Shown here: one piece after another, positions 49,409 through 58,902 of the stretch
Position numbering within the stretch: position 1 is the first letter of the stretch
Layout: the number at the start of each line of letters is the position of its first letter
Source of the DNA: an uncultured Planctomycetia bacterium
GTDB taxonomy: Bacteria; Omnitrophota; Gorgyraeia; Duberdicusellales; 4484-171
Direction of reading: 5' to 3'
Length of the DNA: 64,000 bases
Assembly (NCBI GenBank): GCA_964635565.1
Contig: CAZWON010000001.1
Coordinates: 71,020 to 135,019 of the forward strand
The notes under the pieces: generated by a model
Database searches by the model: none
What the model saw: the letters and a program-made list of their open reading frames with translations, nothing else
Told to the model about the DNA's origin: nothing
Position numbers and translations under genes: made by a program

Positions 49409-50425
49409 ATGATTATTGTGTTTAAGAAAGGAGCAACTGACAGAGAGGTTCAGCATGTTATTGATAAAGTTCACAAGTTGGGTCTTAAGACAATGGTTTC
49501 TAAAGGAGTAGAAAGAACAATAGTGGGAGTTATTGGGCCTGAGGAGGTAGTACGTCTTCAGCCATTTGAGGTTTTTAGCGGAGTAGAAAAAGTTATGCCT
49601 GTTCTTTCTCCCTATAAATTAGTTTCTCAGGAGTTTAAAAAGGAGCGTTCTTTAATAAAAATAAATAGTAAGGTTGTGTTTGGAGGAAAGAATATCGTAG
49701 TGATTGCTGGTCCTTGTTCTATAGAATCAGAGGAACAGTTATTTGATGCAGCAAAGAAGGTAAAGAATGCAGGAGCAAGTGTCTTGCGAGGAGGTGCTTT
49801 TAAGCCCCGTACTTCTCCTTATAGCTTTCAGGGTTTAGGAGAAGACGGTTTAAAGATGCTGAAGGAAGCTTCTTTGAAATTTGATATATCTACAGTAAGT
49901 GAGGTAATGGACCCCCGCGATGTTCCTCTTGTGGCAAAATATGTGGATATTTTTCAGATTGGAGCAAGGAATATGCAGAACTTTAATCTTTTAAAAGAAG
50001 TAGGGCAAACTCAAAAACCTGTGATTTTAAAAAGAGGTTTAAGTGCGACGATAAAAGAATTATTAATGAGCGCAGAATATATTCTTTCGGGAGGAAACTT
50101 TAATGTAATTCTTTGCGAGCGAGGCATTCGAACATTTGAAGATTATACACGGAATACACTTGATTTAAGTGCTGTTCCTATTATTAAGAATCTTTCACAT
50201 CTTCCTATTATTGTTGACCCTTCTCATGCTACAGGAAGATGGAATTTGGTATTACCTTTAAGTAAAGCTGCTGTGGCCTGTGGAGCTGATGGGTTGCTTA
50301 TTGAGGTTCACCCTAATCCTGAAGAAGCTCTAAGTGACGGTCCCCAACAGCTTATTCCTGAGAAATTTGTTAGCTTAATGAAAGAGCTTAAGAAGCTAGC
50401 GGAATATGTAAATCGTAGTTTATGA
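49409..50425 (+). CDS. 3-deoxy-7-phosphoheptulonate (DAHP) synthase, type I-beta with N-terminal regulatory domain
   Basis: Catalytic core 'VIAGPCSIES...LRGGAFKPRTSPYSFQG...ILCERGIRTFE...VDPSHATG'. ~70 aa N-terminal ferredoxin-like extension. Confidence 0.8.
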   Translation: MIIVFKKGATDREVQHVIDKVHKLGLKTMVSKGVERTIVGVIGPEEVVRLQPFEVFSGVEKVMPVLSPYKLVSQEFKKERSLIKINSKVVFGGKNIVVIAGPCSIESEEQLFDAAKKVKNAGASVLRGGAFKPRTSPYSFQGLGEDGLKMLKEASLKFDISTVSEVMDPRDVPLVAKYVDIFQIGARNMQNFNLLKEVGQTQKPVILKRGLSATIKELLMSAEYILSGGNFNVILCERGIRTFEDYTRNTLDLSAVPIIKNLSHLPIIVDPSHATGRWNLVLPLSKAAVACGADGLLIEVHPNPEEALSDGPQQLIPEKFVSLMKELKKLAEYVNRSL

Positions 50426-51252
50426 AGGTAAGATTAGAGAAAATAAGCATAATAGGTGTAGGGTTGATGGGAGGTTCTTTAGCATTAGCTATCAAAAAGG
50501 TTTACCCAAATGTTTCTGTATGGGGATATGCGCGTTCAGAAAAATCCTATAGGAAACTTAATAAGCTAAAATTGGTAGATGAAGTATCAGTAGATTTAAA
50601 TGATTTGCTTAAGGGAAGTAATATGATTATTTTAGCAACGCCTGTTTTAACAATCATTGATTATTTTAAAAGAATTGCTCCTTTCCTTGAAAAGGAAAGC
50701 ATAGTGATTGATTTAGGCAGTACAAAATTTACAATAGAAAAGATGGCAAAGAAATATCTACCTAAATATGTAAATTTTGTGGGGTGTCATCCTTTATGTG
50801 GCAGTAATAGATGTGGGCCCCAGAATGCTTATGGGGAGATTTATAAAGGTTCAGTGTGTATTATTACTTCTCTTAATAAAGCAACACCTTTTGTTAAGAG
50901 GTTCTGGGAAAAGTTGGGATGTAAGGTATATTTTATGAGTCCTTCTTTACACGACAAAGTGCTTTCTTATGTTTCTCATCTTCCCCATGTTGTTTCTTAT
51001 GCTCTTTCTTGTGCTGTTCCTAAGAAATATTTTGTTTTTTCTTCGGGAAGCTTTCGTGACGTTACGCGGATATCTGCCTCATCTCCTCAAATATGGCATG
51101 ATGTATTCCTCTCTAATAATAGAAATGTTATAAAACAGATAGACCGTTATATAAAAGTACTGGAGAGTTTTAGAAAAGCAATAAAGAACAGCGATACAAA
51201 AGGTATTCTTAAATTGATTAGAATGGCGAATAAAAAACATATTTGTATTTAA
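50422..51252 (+). CDS. tyrA: prephenate dehydrogenase
   Basis: Rossmann 'ISIIGVGLMGGSLALAI'. 'HPLCGS' catalytic His region. 276 aa. Confidence 0.8.
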   Translation: MKVRLEKISIIGVGLMGGSLALAIKKVYPNVSVWGYARSEKSYRKLNKLKLVDEVSVDLNDLLKGSNMIILATPVLTIIDYFKRIAPFLEKESIVIDLGSTKFTIEKMAKKYLPKYVNFVGCHPLCGSNRCGPQNAYGEIYKGSVCIITSLNKATPFVKRFWEKLGCKVYFMSPSLHDKVLSYVSHLPHVVSYALSCAVPKKYFVFSSGSFRDVTRISASSPQIWHDVFLSNNRNVIKQIDRYIKVLESFRKAIKNSDTKGILKLIRMANKKHICI

Positions 51253-51896
51253 TAATGGTTATTGCCATAGATGGTCCTGCAGGTTCAGGAAAAACAACCA
51301 TTGCTAAATTTTTAGCACAGAGATTAAACATATTATATTTAGATACTGGTGCTACCTATCGTGTTCTTACCTTAAAGGCCCTTCAAGAAAAAGTCGATTT
51401 AAGCAATGAGAAGAGTCTTGTGGAGTTAGTATTGGCAATGAAAATAAGATTTGAGGGAGATAGAGTTTTTCTTGAAGGGGAAGATGTGACAGATAAAATA
51501 AGAAGCCCTGAAGTTGACAAAACCATATCTTTACCTGTTTCTTTTAAAAAGGTGAGAGAAGAAATGGTATCTCTTCAAAGGAGGCTCGTAGATAATAAAG
51601 ATGTTGTAGTAGAAGGTAGAGACACTACTACTGTAGTTTTTCCTAATGCGGAATATAAATTTTATCTCGATGCAGATATTGATGAGAGAACAAAAAGGCG
51701 CCAAGAGTATTTGAAGGAAAAGGGATATTTTCTTAGCTATGAAGATGTAAAGAGACAGATATTAAAACGTGATAGTGCTGATTTAAAAAGAGAATTCGGT
51801 GCGCTTAAGAAAGCAGACGATGCTGTTTATGTGGATACTACTTCTTTAAACATAGAAGAAGTATTGGATACTTTACTTTCCTATATAAGAAAATGA
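51243..51896 (+). CDS. cmk: cytidylate kinase
   Basis: P-loop 'IAIDGPAGSGKTT', 'LDTGATYR', 'VVEGRD'. Confidence 0.9.
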   Translation: MYLIMVIAIDGPAGSGKTTIAKFLAQRLNILYLDTGATYRVLTLKALQEKVDLSNEKSLVELVLAMKIRFEGDRVFLEGEDVTDKIRSPEVDKTISLPVSFKKVREEMVSLQRRLVDNKDVVVEGRDTTTVVFPNAEYKFYLDADIDERTKRRQEYLKEKGYFLSYEDVKRQILKRDSADLKREFGALKKADDAVYVDTTSLNIEEVLDTLLSYIRK

Positions 51897-53686
51897 TAGA
51901 TAAGAATTTAATAAGAAATTTTTGCATAATTGCTCATATTGATCACGGGAAATCAACTTTAGCCGATAGATTCCTGGAAGAATGTGGCGCTGTAGATGAA
52001 CGTACCATGCGCAGTCAGATTCTTGATAGAATGGAGTTAGAGAGAGAACGAGGCATAACTATTAAAGCCAAAGCAGTAAGTATAAATTACACATTAAAAG
52101 AAAAGACCTATATTCTTAATTTGATAGATACACCAGGACATGTAGACTTTACTTATGAAGTTGCTAAATCACTTAAGGCTTCAGATGGAGCAATTCTTTT
52201 GGTTGATGCTTCTCAAGGTGTAGAGGCACAAACCGTAGCTAATTTTTATCTTGCCTTAGAGAATAATTTAAAGATATTACCTGTAGTTAATAAGATTGAT
52301 TTACCCAATGCGGATATAGAAAGGACAGTTAACCAGCTTATTGATATCTTTGGTTTTAAAAGAGAGGAGGTTTCCCTTATCTCTGCTAAAGAAGGTAAAG
52401 GTGTTAAGAAGGTGATAGAAAGAATTATAAAAGAGATACCCCCTCCCAGTGGTGATATTGAGAGACCTTTTAAGGCGATACTTTTTGATACAAGTTTTGA
52501 CCCTTATCGGGGAATAATTCTTTTTGTGAGAATTTTTGATGGCAAAATTTCTTCAGGAGATGAAGTATTATTTATGAATACTAAAAAGAAATACAAAATA
52601 GAGGAGTTAGGTATTTTTGTTCTTTCTTCTCAAAAGAAAAAAGAGCTTGTATGTGGAGAGGTGGGTTATATTTTTTGTAATATAAAAAATCCTCAAGAGA
52701 TAGATATCGGCGATACATTAACTTCTTTTCTTAACCCTGCATCTTCACCTTTTAGTGGATATAAAAGTATACCTCCTATGGTTTTTTGCGGTATTTTCCC
52801 TATCTCTCCCCGAGAGTATGACTTGTTAAGAGAAGCTATAGAAAAGATGAAACTATCCGACCCTTCCTTTATATATGAACTAGATAGTTTAGGTTCACTG
52901 GGGTATGGATTTAGATGTGGATTTTTAGGACTTCTTCATATGGAGGTTGTTCAGGAAAGATTAGAGAGAGAATATAATTTAGATTTGATTCTTACTTCAC
53001 CTACTGTGCTTTATAAAGTTATGAAGAAAAATAGAGTAGTTATTGATGTTGGTAGTCCCCATCAGTTTCCCGATTCTACACAGATTGAAGAGGTTATGGA
53101 GCCTTTCGTTAAAGCTACTATTATTTCTCCTTTAGAATATATGGAACCTATCTGTGAAATTTCTAAAGCACGAAGGGGGAAATTTGTAAAAATGGATTAT
53201 CTGGGAAAGGATAGATTATGTATAGTTTTTGAGTTACCTTTAGCAGAAGTGATTGTTGATTTTTATGATAAACTCAAGTCAATAAGTCGTGGCTATGCCT
53301 CACTGGACTATGAATTTATAGGATATAAAAAAGCGGAGATAATAAAGATAGATATTTTATTCAATAAGAAAAAAATAGAGGCCTTTTCTTTTTTAGTAAA
53401 CAAAGAAAAAAGTAATTATAAGGCTAAAGCTATTGTAGAAAAATTAAAGGAAGTTATTCCCCGTCAGATGTTTGAAGTAAACATCCAAGCTGCCTACGGT
53501 TCAAAGATTATCGCTTCTAGTCGCATTCCTCCCTTAAGAAAAAATGTTACTGCGAAATGCTATGGGGGTGATATAACTCGAAAGCGAAAATTGTGGGAAA
53601 GACAGAAAAAGGGCAAGAAAAAGATGAAGCAATTGGGGAATATTCAAATACCCCATCAGGCATTTTTAGAAGTTTTTAAGATGTAA
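51893..53686 (+). CDS. lepA: elongation factor 4 (LepA)
   Basis: 'RNFCIIAHIDHGKSTLADR', 'DTPGHVDF' and 'NKIDL' GTPase motifs. LepA-specific C-terminal domain. 597 aa. Confidence 0.95.
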   Translation: MIDKNLIRNFCIIAHIDHGKSTLADRFLEECGAVDERTMRSQILDRMELERERGITIKAKAVSINYTLKEKTYILNLIDTPGHVDFTYEVAKSLKASDGAILLVDASQGVEAQTVANFYLALENNLKILPVVNKIDLPNADIERTVNQLIDIFGFKREEVSLISAKEGKGVKKVIERIIKEIPPPSGDIERPFKAILFDTSFDPYRGIILFVRIFDGKISSGDEVLFMNTKKKYKIEELGIFVLSSQKKKELVCGEVGYIFCNIKNPQEIDIGDTLTSFLNPASSPFSGYKSIPPMVFCGIFPISPREYDLLREAIEKMKLSDPSFIYELDSLGSLGYGFRCGFLGLLHMEVVQERLEREYNLDLILTSPTVLYKVMKKNRVVIDVGSPHQFPDSTQIEEVMEPFVKATIISPLEYMEPICEISKARRGKFVKMDYLGKDRLCIVFELPLAEVIVDFYDKLKSISRGYASLDYEFIGYKKAEIIKIDILFNKKKIEAFSFLVNKEKSNYKAKAIVEKLKEVIPRQMFEVNIQAAYGSKIIASSRIPPLRKNVTAKCYGGDITRKRKLWERQKKGKKKMKQLGNIQIPHQAFLEVFKM

Positions 53687-53691
53687 TTAAT

Positions 53692-54291
53692 ATGGTTGGG
53701 AAAGATAAGATGAGGGAAAAGAGCGCTATAAGAGAGTGGATAGAAGCAATAGTTGTTGCTGCTTCTTTGGCAATATTTGTAAGAACTTTTTTTTTCCAGA
53801 TTTATAAAATACCCACAGGTTCGATGATTCCCACTTTGATGCCAGGAGATAAGATTTTTGTAAGTAAACTTGTCTATGGAGCGAAAGTTCCTTTCACAGA
53901 TTGGCGCCTTCCCGGGTTAAGAAAGCCTAAGCGAGCAGATGTAGTTGTGTTTGTTCCTCCTCAAGAAAAGAATAAGTTTTTCTTGAAGAGGAAAGTTTTT
54001 ATTAAAAGATTAATTGGTTTAGGAGGAGAACATATTAAGATAGAAGATGGTAATATCAAAGTAAATGGTAAGATTGTTATTGACCCCTTAATTGCCAAGA
54101 ATTATTATACTAATGGGGGTGAGTATGGAGAAAAAGAAATTGCCGTTCCTAAGGGAAAATACTTCTTTTTGGGTGATAATTCCAATAATTCCTTGGATAG
54201 TAGGTTTTGGGGGTTTGTAGATGAAAAAGATATTGTGGGGAAGGCAATTTTTATCTGGTGGCCACCGAGAAGAATAGGTATAATAGAATAG
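53692..54291 (+). CDS. lepB: signal peptidase I
   Basis: Catalytic Ser region 'PTGSMIPTL'. Lys box 'KRLIGLGGE'. 'GDNSNNSLDSRFWG'. Confidence 0.8.
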   Translation: MVGKDKMREKSAIREWIEAIVVAASLAIFVRTFFFQIYKIPTGSMIPTLMPGDKIFVSKLVYGAKVPFTDWRLPGLRKPKRADVVVFVPPQEKNKFFLKRKVFIKRLIGLGGEHIKIEDGNIKVNGKIVIDPLIAKNYYTNGGEYGEKEIAVPKGKYFFLGDNSNNSLDSRFWGFVDEKDIVGKAIFIWWPPRRIGIIE

Positions 54292-54310
54292 TAAATAGTA
54301 AATAGAAATT

Positions 54311-54862
54311 ATGAGTTTTGCTGATAAAGTTTCTATTTTAAGAATACTACTGATACCTTTTTTTGTTTCTTCCCTTATTACTTATAGACGTTTTGGTGAT
54401 ACTTATTTTAAAGATGTTGCTTTGGGAATATTTATTATAGCTATTATTACAGATTTTTTAGATGGCCTGGTGGCAAGAATAAAAAAAGAAAAATCAAGCA
54501 TCGGCAAAGTAATTGACCCTTTAGCAGATAAGTTACTTTTACTTACCGCATTTATTTCCCTTTATTTTTTAAAATTTTCTATACCCTGGTGGGTAGTATT
54601 TGTGGTAGTTAGTAGGGATTTTATCATTCTTACAGGAGTTATGATTTTTAACTTTCTTAAGTTGGATGTTCCTATTTTTCCTTCAATATGGGGTAAATTA
54701 ACTACTTTTTTTCAAATGTTTACTATTTTAAGTGTGTTAGTTGATTTTAGTTTCTCGTCTTTTATTTGGAGCATAGCGGTATTTTTTACAATTGTTTCAG
54801 GTATAGATTATATTACTAGAGGGGTACGTTGCATAAATGTTATTAATTATCCCCATCATTAG
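54311..54862 (+). CDS. CDP-alcohol phosphatidyltransferase (PgsA-like)
   Basis: 'DFLDGLVARIKK...GKVIDPLADK' matches the D-G-x2-A-R...G-x3-D-x3-D motif. Multi-TM. Confidence 0.6.
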   Translation: MSFADKVSILRILLIPFFVSSLITYRRFGDTYFKDVALGIFIIAIITDFLDGLVARIKKEKSSIGKVIDPLADKLLLLTAFISLYFLKFSIPWWVVFVVVSRDFIILTGVMIFNFLKLDVPIFPSIWGKLTTFFQMFTILSVLVDFSFSSFIWSIAVFFTIVSGIDYITRGVRCINVINYPHH

Positions 54863-55433
54863 TTATCTTTTAGGAAGCATTCCTTTTGGGTTTATTCTTG
54901 CTTACGGGGTAAAAAGGATTGATATCCGTAAATGTGGTTCTGGCAATATTGGGGCGACTAATGTAGCCAGAGTAGTAGGTAAAAAATGGGGATTGTTAGT
55001 TTTTGCTTTTGACTTTTTAAAGGGTTTATTGCCCATTGTTTTGCTTTATTTTATATTCTCTTCTTCATCTTTATTTATTTATATTTTAACTGCTTTTGGT
55101 GCCATAGCTGGCCATAACTGGAGCATTTTTCTTAAGTTTAAAGGAGGAAAAGGCGTAGCCACAAGTATAGGAGCGGTAACGGGTTTATGCTTTAAGTATC
55201 GTCTTTTATTTTTTCCTCTTTTAGGAGGATTGGGTGCGTGGGTGATTATTTTTATGATTTTTCGTATTGTTTCTTTAGCCTCATTATCGGCTAGTTTTGT
55301 TTTTTTTATCCTTTCTTTATTCTTCTTAGAGAATAATTTTAAATTAGTTGCTTTCCTAATATTTTTATTTATTCTTATCAGACATAGAGAAAACATTAGT
55401 AACCTATTACATAAAAAAGAGTTACCTATTTGA
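54837..55433 (+). CDS. plsY: glycerol-3-phosphate acyltransferase PlsY
   Basis: 'LLGSIPFGFILA', 'GSGNIGATNVAR', 'FKGGKGVAT'. Confidence 0.85.
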   Translation: MLLIIPIISYLLGSIPFGFILAYGVKRIDIRKCGSGNIGATNVARVVGKKWGLLVFAFDFLKGLLPIVLLYFIFSSSSLFIYILTAFGAIAGHNWSIFLKFKGGKGVATSIGAVTGLCFKYRLLFFPLLGGLGAWVIIFMIFRIVSLASLSASFVFFILSLFFLENNFKLVAFLIFLFILIRHRENISNLLHKKELPI

Positions 55434-55514
55434 TTGATATCGTTTAATCGTATTGTTAATAGGCTTATTATTTTTTACAATTTATGTTATTTTAAGGCCT
55501 TGCAGATTTTTTTC

Positions 55515-55543
55515 TTGACAAAAAAAATTTTTATAGTATGATT
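55515..55543 (+). promoter_or_regulatory. possible promoter upstream of tRNA-Thr (TTGACA -35 at 55515-55520, TATAGTATGAT -10 region)
   Basis: 'cTTGACAaaaaaaatttttaTAGTATgat' ends ~10 nt before the tRNA-Thr 5' end. Confidence 0.3.
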
Positions 55544-55552
55544 TTTTTTCAT

Positions 55553-55625
55553 GCCCACGTAGCTCAGACGGTAGAGCACCTCCTTGGTAAGGAGGTGGTC
55601 ACCGGTTCAATTCCGGTCGTGGGCT
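55553..55625 (+). tRNA. tRNA-Thr (anticodon GGU)
   Basis: Acceptor GCCCACG/CGTGGGC. D-arm GCTC..GAGC. Anticodon stem CCTCC/GGAGG with loop TTGGTAA. T-arm ACCGG-TTCAATT-CCGGT. 73 nt. Confidence 0.85.
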
Positions 55626-55734
55626 AATTAAAGAATAAAAAAGATAAAAGAAAAACCACCAGAAGTGGAAAGGGATTTTTTTAGCCTTTTAAAGGAAAAT
55701 TATTTTTCTTCTCTTTAAAGCTTATTATGAGATT

Positions 55735-55887
55735 ATGAGAGAATTGATTGCTTTACAATGTACTGTTTGTAAAGGAAAAAATTATTATACTACCAAGAAT
55801 AAAAGAAAACATTCAGGTAAGTTTACTATAAATAAGTTTTGTAAATTTTGCCGTAAATATTCTTCGCATAAAGAGGCAAAGCCATAA
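55735..55887 (+). CDS. rpmG: 50S ribosomal protein L33
   Basis: Not in the ORF track because it is only 50 aa. Translation 'MRELIALQCTVCKGKNYYTTKNKRKHSGKFTINKFCKFCRKYSSHKEAKP' has the L33 C-x2-C ... C-x2-C zinc ribbon. It lies between tRNA-Thr and tRNA-Trp, as in the conserved locus. Confidence 0.8.
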   Translation: MRELIALQCTVCKGKNYYTTKNKRKHSGKFTINKFCKFCRKYSSHKEAKP

Positions 55888-55897
55888 AGGGTTTAGA

Positions 55898-55972
55898 AGG
55901 TGAGTAGCTCAATTTGGCTAGAGCACCGGTCTCCAAAACCGGGGGTTGCAGGTTCAAGTCCTGCCTCACCTG
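55898..55972 (+). tRNA. tRNA-Trp (anticodon CCA)
   Basis: Acceptor AGGTGAG/CTCACCT. D-arm GCTC..GAGC. Anticodon stem CCGGT/ACCGG with loop CTCCAAA. T-arm GCAGG-TTCAAGT-CCTGC. Discriminator G. 75 nt. Confidence 0.8.
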
Positions 55973-56027
55973 TAAGAATTCTACAAATCTTATTGAAAGT
56001 AAAAAAACAATTTAAAATTATAAATTA

Positions 56028-56240
56028 ATGGGAGTAATAAAAAAAATAATAGGTTTCCCTCATTTTATAAAAAATTTCTTAAAGGAAGTGCATTTAGAAC
56101 TCAAAAAAGTTACCTGGTCAACAAAAGAAGAGCTTGTAGCTGCTACAGCGATTGTTCTTGTGGCGTCTATTTTTTTAACTATTTATGTTGCCTTGGTAGA
56201 TTTTTGTTTTTCAAAAATAATGCAGTTTATTATTCAATGA
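56028..56240 (+). CDS. secE: preprotein translocase subunit SecE
   Basis: 70 aa. 'LKEVHLELKKVTWSTKEEL' followed by a single TM. Position after tRNA-Trp and before nusG. Confidence 0.8.
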   Translation: MGVIKKIIGFPHFIKNFLKEVHLELKKVTWSTKEELVAATAIVLVASIFLTIYVALVDFCFSKIMQFIIQ

Positions 56241-56764
56241 AAAAGTGGTATATACTACATACTTTAAGTGGGGCAGAAGAGAAAGCAAAAGCTAATTTAG
56301 AGGCAAGAATACAGGCATTTAATATGCAGGATTTTATTGGTAAAATAGTAATCCCTAAAGAACAGGTTACTGAAGTGCGTTTGGGTAAAAAGAGGATTTT
56401 AGAGAGGAAGTTTTTTCCGGGTTATATTCTTGTGTATATGGAGTTGAATGATACAACATGGCTTTTTGTTAAGAAAACTCCTGGTATAGCTACATTTATT
56501 GGACCAGCAAGGAAACCCACGCCTCTTTCTGAGGAAGAGGTAGAAAAAATTCTTATGAAATCAGAAGAGACAAAAGTTAATCCTCCTCCCAAAGTTAGTT
56601 TTGAGAAAGGTGAGAATGTAAGGGTTATAGAAGGTCCTTTTGTGAATTTTAATGGAGTGGTAGAAGAAGTGAATTTGCAAAAAGGGAAGCTAAAAGTTAG
56701 TGTGACTATTTTTGGTAGAACTACGCCTGTAGAATTAGAATTATGGCAAGTAGAGAAAATATAG
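56237..56764 (+). CDS. nusG: transcription termination/antitermination factor NusG
   Basis: The likely start is ATG 56237, overlapping the secE stop as ATGA. The ORF track extends to 56204 in the same frame. NGN domain 'KWYILHTLSGAEEKA'. KOW motif 'GENVRVIEGPFVNFNGVV'. Confidence 0.85.
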   Translation: MKKWYILHTLSGAEEKAKANLEARIQAFNMQDFIGKIVIPKEQVTEVRLGKKRILERKFFPGYILVYMELNDTTWLFVKKTPGIATFIGPARKPTPLSEEEVEKILMKSEETKVNPPPKVSFEKGENVRVIEGPFVNFNGVVEEVNLQKGKLKVSVTIFGRTTPVELELWQVEKI

Positions 56765-56773
56765 TAGAGTAAT

Positions 56774-57214
56774 ATGGCAAAGAAGAAAAAAAAGAAAAGG
56801 CCCGTTGTCTTTATTAAACTTCAAATTCCTGCAGGTAGTGCTAATCCCGCACCACCTGTAGGTCCTGCTTTAGGACAGCATGGAGTTAATATCATGCAGT
56901 TCTGTAAGGCTTTTAATGATGCTACAAAAAATAAGGAAGGGATAATTCTTCCTGTCGTTATTAATGTTTATGAAGATAGAAGCTTTGATTTTATTATAAA
57001 GACTCCTCCTGCTTCTGTTCTTATTAAAAGGGCGGCTAATCTTGCAAAGGCCTCAGGGTTAGCAGGAAAAGAGATTATTGGAGAAATTACTAAAGAGCAA
57101 GTTACTCAGATCGCTAAAGAAAAAATGACTGATTTAAATACCATTGATTTAACTTCAGCTGTAAAGATAATAGAGGGGACAGCAAAAAGTATGGGGATAA
57201 AGGTGAAGGAATGA
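56774..57214 (+). CDS. rplK: 50S ribosomal protein L11
   Basis: '[34 protein letters not shown]'. Confidence 0.9.
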   Translation: MAKKKKKKRPVVFIKLQIPAGSANPAPPVGPALGQHGVNIMQFCKAFNDATKNKEGIILPVVINVYEDRSFDFIIKTPPASVLIKRAANLAKASGLAGKEIIGEITKEQVTQIAKEKMTDLNTIDLTSAVKIIEGTAKSMGIKVKE

Positions 57215-57897
57215 GAAGAAGCAAAAGATATAAATCTGCAAGTACCCTCATAGAGAAAGAAAAGATATATTCGCTTAAGGAAGCCATAGATATTTTAAAA
57301 AGTATACCCCATGTAAAATTTGATGAGACAGTGGAGATAAGTTGTAAGTTAAATGCTGATCCCAAAAAATCTGACCAGATGATAAGAAGCTTTGTAGTTT
57401 TACCTTATGGTACAGGTAAAGAAGTTAAAGTGTTGGTCTTCTGTGAGCCAGAAAAGGAAAAGTTGGCAAAAGAAGCAGGAGCAGATTTTGTAGGAGGACA
57501 GGATTTAATAGATAAGATTGTGAAGGAAAGCTGGTTAGAATTTGATTCTTGTATATCTACCCCTCAAATGATGCGTTTAGTAAGTCGTTTAGGGAAGATA
57601 TTAGGACCACGCGGTTTGATGCCTTCTCCTAAAACAGGAACTGTGACGGAGGATATAGAGAGTGCAATAAAGGAAGCAAAGGCAGGGAAGGTTGAGTTTC
57701 GCATGGATAAGTTTGGGTGTTTAGCTATAGGAGTGGGAAAAATATCTTTTCCTCAGGAATTTTTAATAAACAATATCGAAACATTCCTAGAGGCGCTTAA
57801 TAATGCTAAGCCACAAGCAGTAAAAGGAGAACTTGTAAAAAGTATGTATATTTCTACAACCATGAGTCCTTCTTTAAAGCTGAAGGTATCTTTATGA
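57211..57897 (+). CDS. rplA: 50S ribosomal protein L1
   Basis: The ~228 aa length and the '[12 protein letters not shown]' / '[12 protein letters not shown]' motifs fit L1. Overlaps the rplK stop. Confidence 0.9.
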   Translation: MRRSKRYKSASTLIEKEKIYSLKEAIDILKSIPHVKFDETVEISCKLNADPKKSDQMIRSFVVLPYGTGKEVKVLVFCEPEKEKLAKEAGADFVGGQDLIDKIVKESWLEFDSCISTPQMMRLVSRLGKILGPRGLMPSPKTGTVTEDIESAIKEAKAGKVEFRMDKFGCLAIGVGKISFPQEFLINNIETFLEALNNAKPQAVKGELVKSMYISTTMSPSLKLKVSL

Positions 57898-58430
57898 AAA
57901 AAGTAGGTTTGCTTTACAGGGAAAAAATAGTGGAAAAAATAATCGAGGACTGGAAGAATTCTGAAGGTTGTATATTTGCAAGTTTCAGTAAAGTATCTGC
58001 TTTTAATTTCAATGCCTTACGTAATTCCTTAAAGAAGGAAGGTTCTTATGCTTTTATTTCCAAGAATTCTTTAATTAAAAGAGCTGTTGAGAAATTAGAA
58101 ATTAAAGAAGCTGAGCAATTTATTGAGGGGTCTACTGCTTTATTTTTTGTGAATCAGCAGAATCTGGTGAAAGTAGCGAGGGTACTTTTTGATTTCTCTC
58201 AAGAAAACGAAAGTTTTATTTTAAAAGGAGCATTTTTAAATAGTAATAGATTAGGAGAAAAAGAATTAGAGGCAATATCTAAATTACCGTCTCGAGAAGT
58301 TCTTATAGGTGAGGCAGTAATGGGAATAGCTTCACCTCTTGTAGGATTTGTAGGAATGTTGAACAATATTATTTTAGAATTTGCATGGATAATAGAAGGG
58401 ATAAAAAAGAAAAAGGCCCCTAAGGTATAA
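57894..58430 (+). CDS. rplJ: 50S ribosomal protein L10
   Basis: Position between rplA and rplL. 178 aa. 'LRNSLKKEGSYAFISKNSL'. Confidence 0.85.
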   Translation: MKKVGLLYREKIVEKIIEDWKNSEGCIFASFSKVSAFNFNALRNSLKKEGSYAFISKNSLIKRAVEKLEIKEAEQFIEGSTALFFVNQQNLVKVARVLFDFSQENESFILKGAFLNSNRLGEKELEAISKLPSREVLIGEAVMGIASPLVGFVGMLNNIILEFAWIIEGIKKKKAPKV

Positions 58431-58481
58431 ATAATGGAAGTAAAATTAGAGCATAAAGATATAATGGTAAGGAGGTAAGTT

Positions 58482-58856
58482 ATGTCTAAGGTAGAGGATA
58501 TTTTGAAAATGTTAGAGGGGATGACTGTTTTAGAGCTTTCCGAGTTAATAAAAGCTTGTGAAGAGAAATTTGGCATAAAAGCCTCTGCTCCTGTAGTAAC
58601 TGCTCAAGCAGCGCCAGCAGCGGTTCAAGAAGAGGAGGAGGAAAAAACATCTTTTAATATTATTCTCTCTGCAGTAGGAGGCAATAAGATTGCTGTAATA
58701 AAAGAAATAAGGACAATTACTGATTTAGGTTTAAAAGAAGCGAAGGCATTGGTAGACTCTGCTCCTAAGACGGTTAAAGAGAATGTATCAAAAGAAGAAG
58801 CAGAAGAGATAAAGAAAAAATTGGAAGGAGCAGGAGCCACGGTGGAACTTAAGTAA
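58482..58856 (+). CDS. rplL: 50S ribosomal protein L7/L12
   Basis: N-terminal dimerisation helix, Ala/Pro/Glu hinge '[12 protein letters not shown]', C-terminal '[13 protein letters not shown]...GATVELK'. Confidence 0.9.
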   Translation: MSKVEDILKMLEGMTVLELSELIKACEEKFGIKASAPVVTAQAAPAAVQEEEEEKTSFNIILSAVGGNKIAVIKEIRTITDLGLKEAKALVDSAPKTVKENVSKEEAEEIKKKLEGAGATVELK

Positions 58857-58902
58857 TAATAAGAGAAAAAATTTCTATAGTAATAAAATAAAGGGAGTAA
58901 AA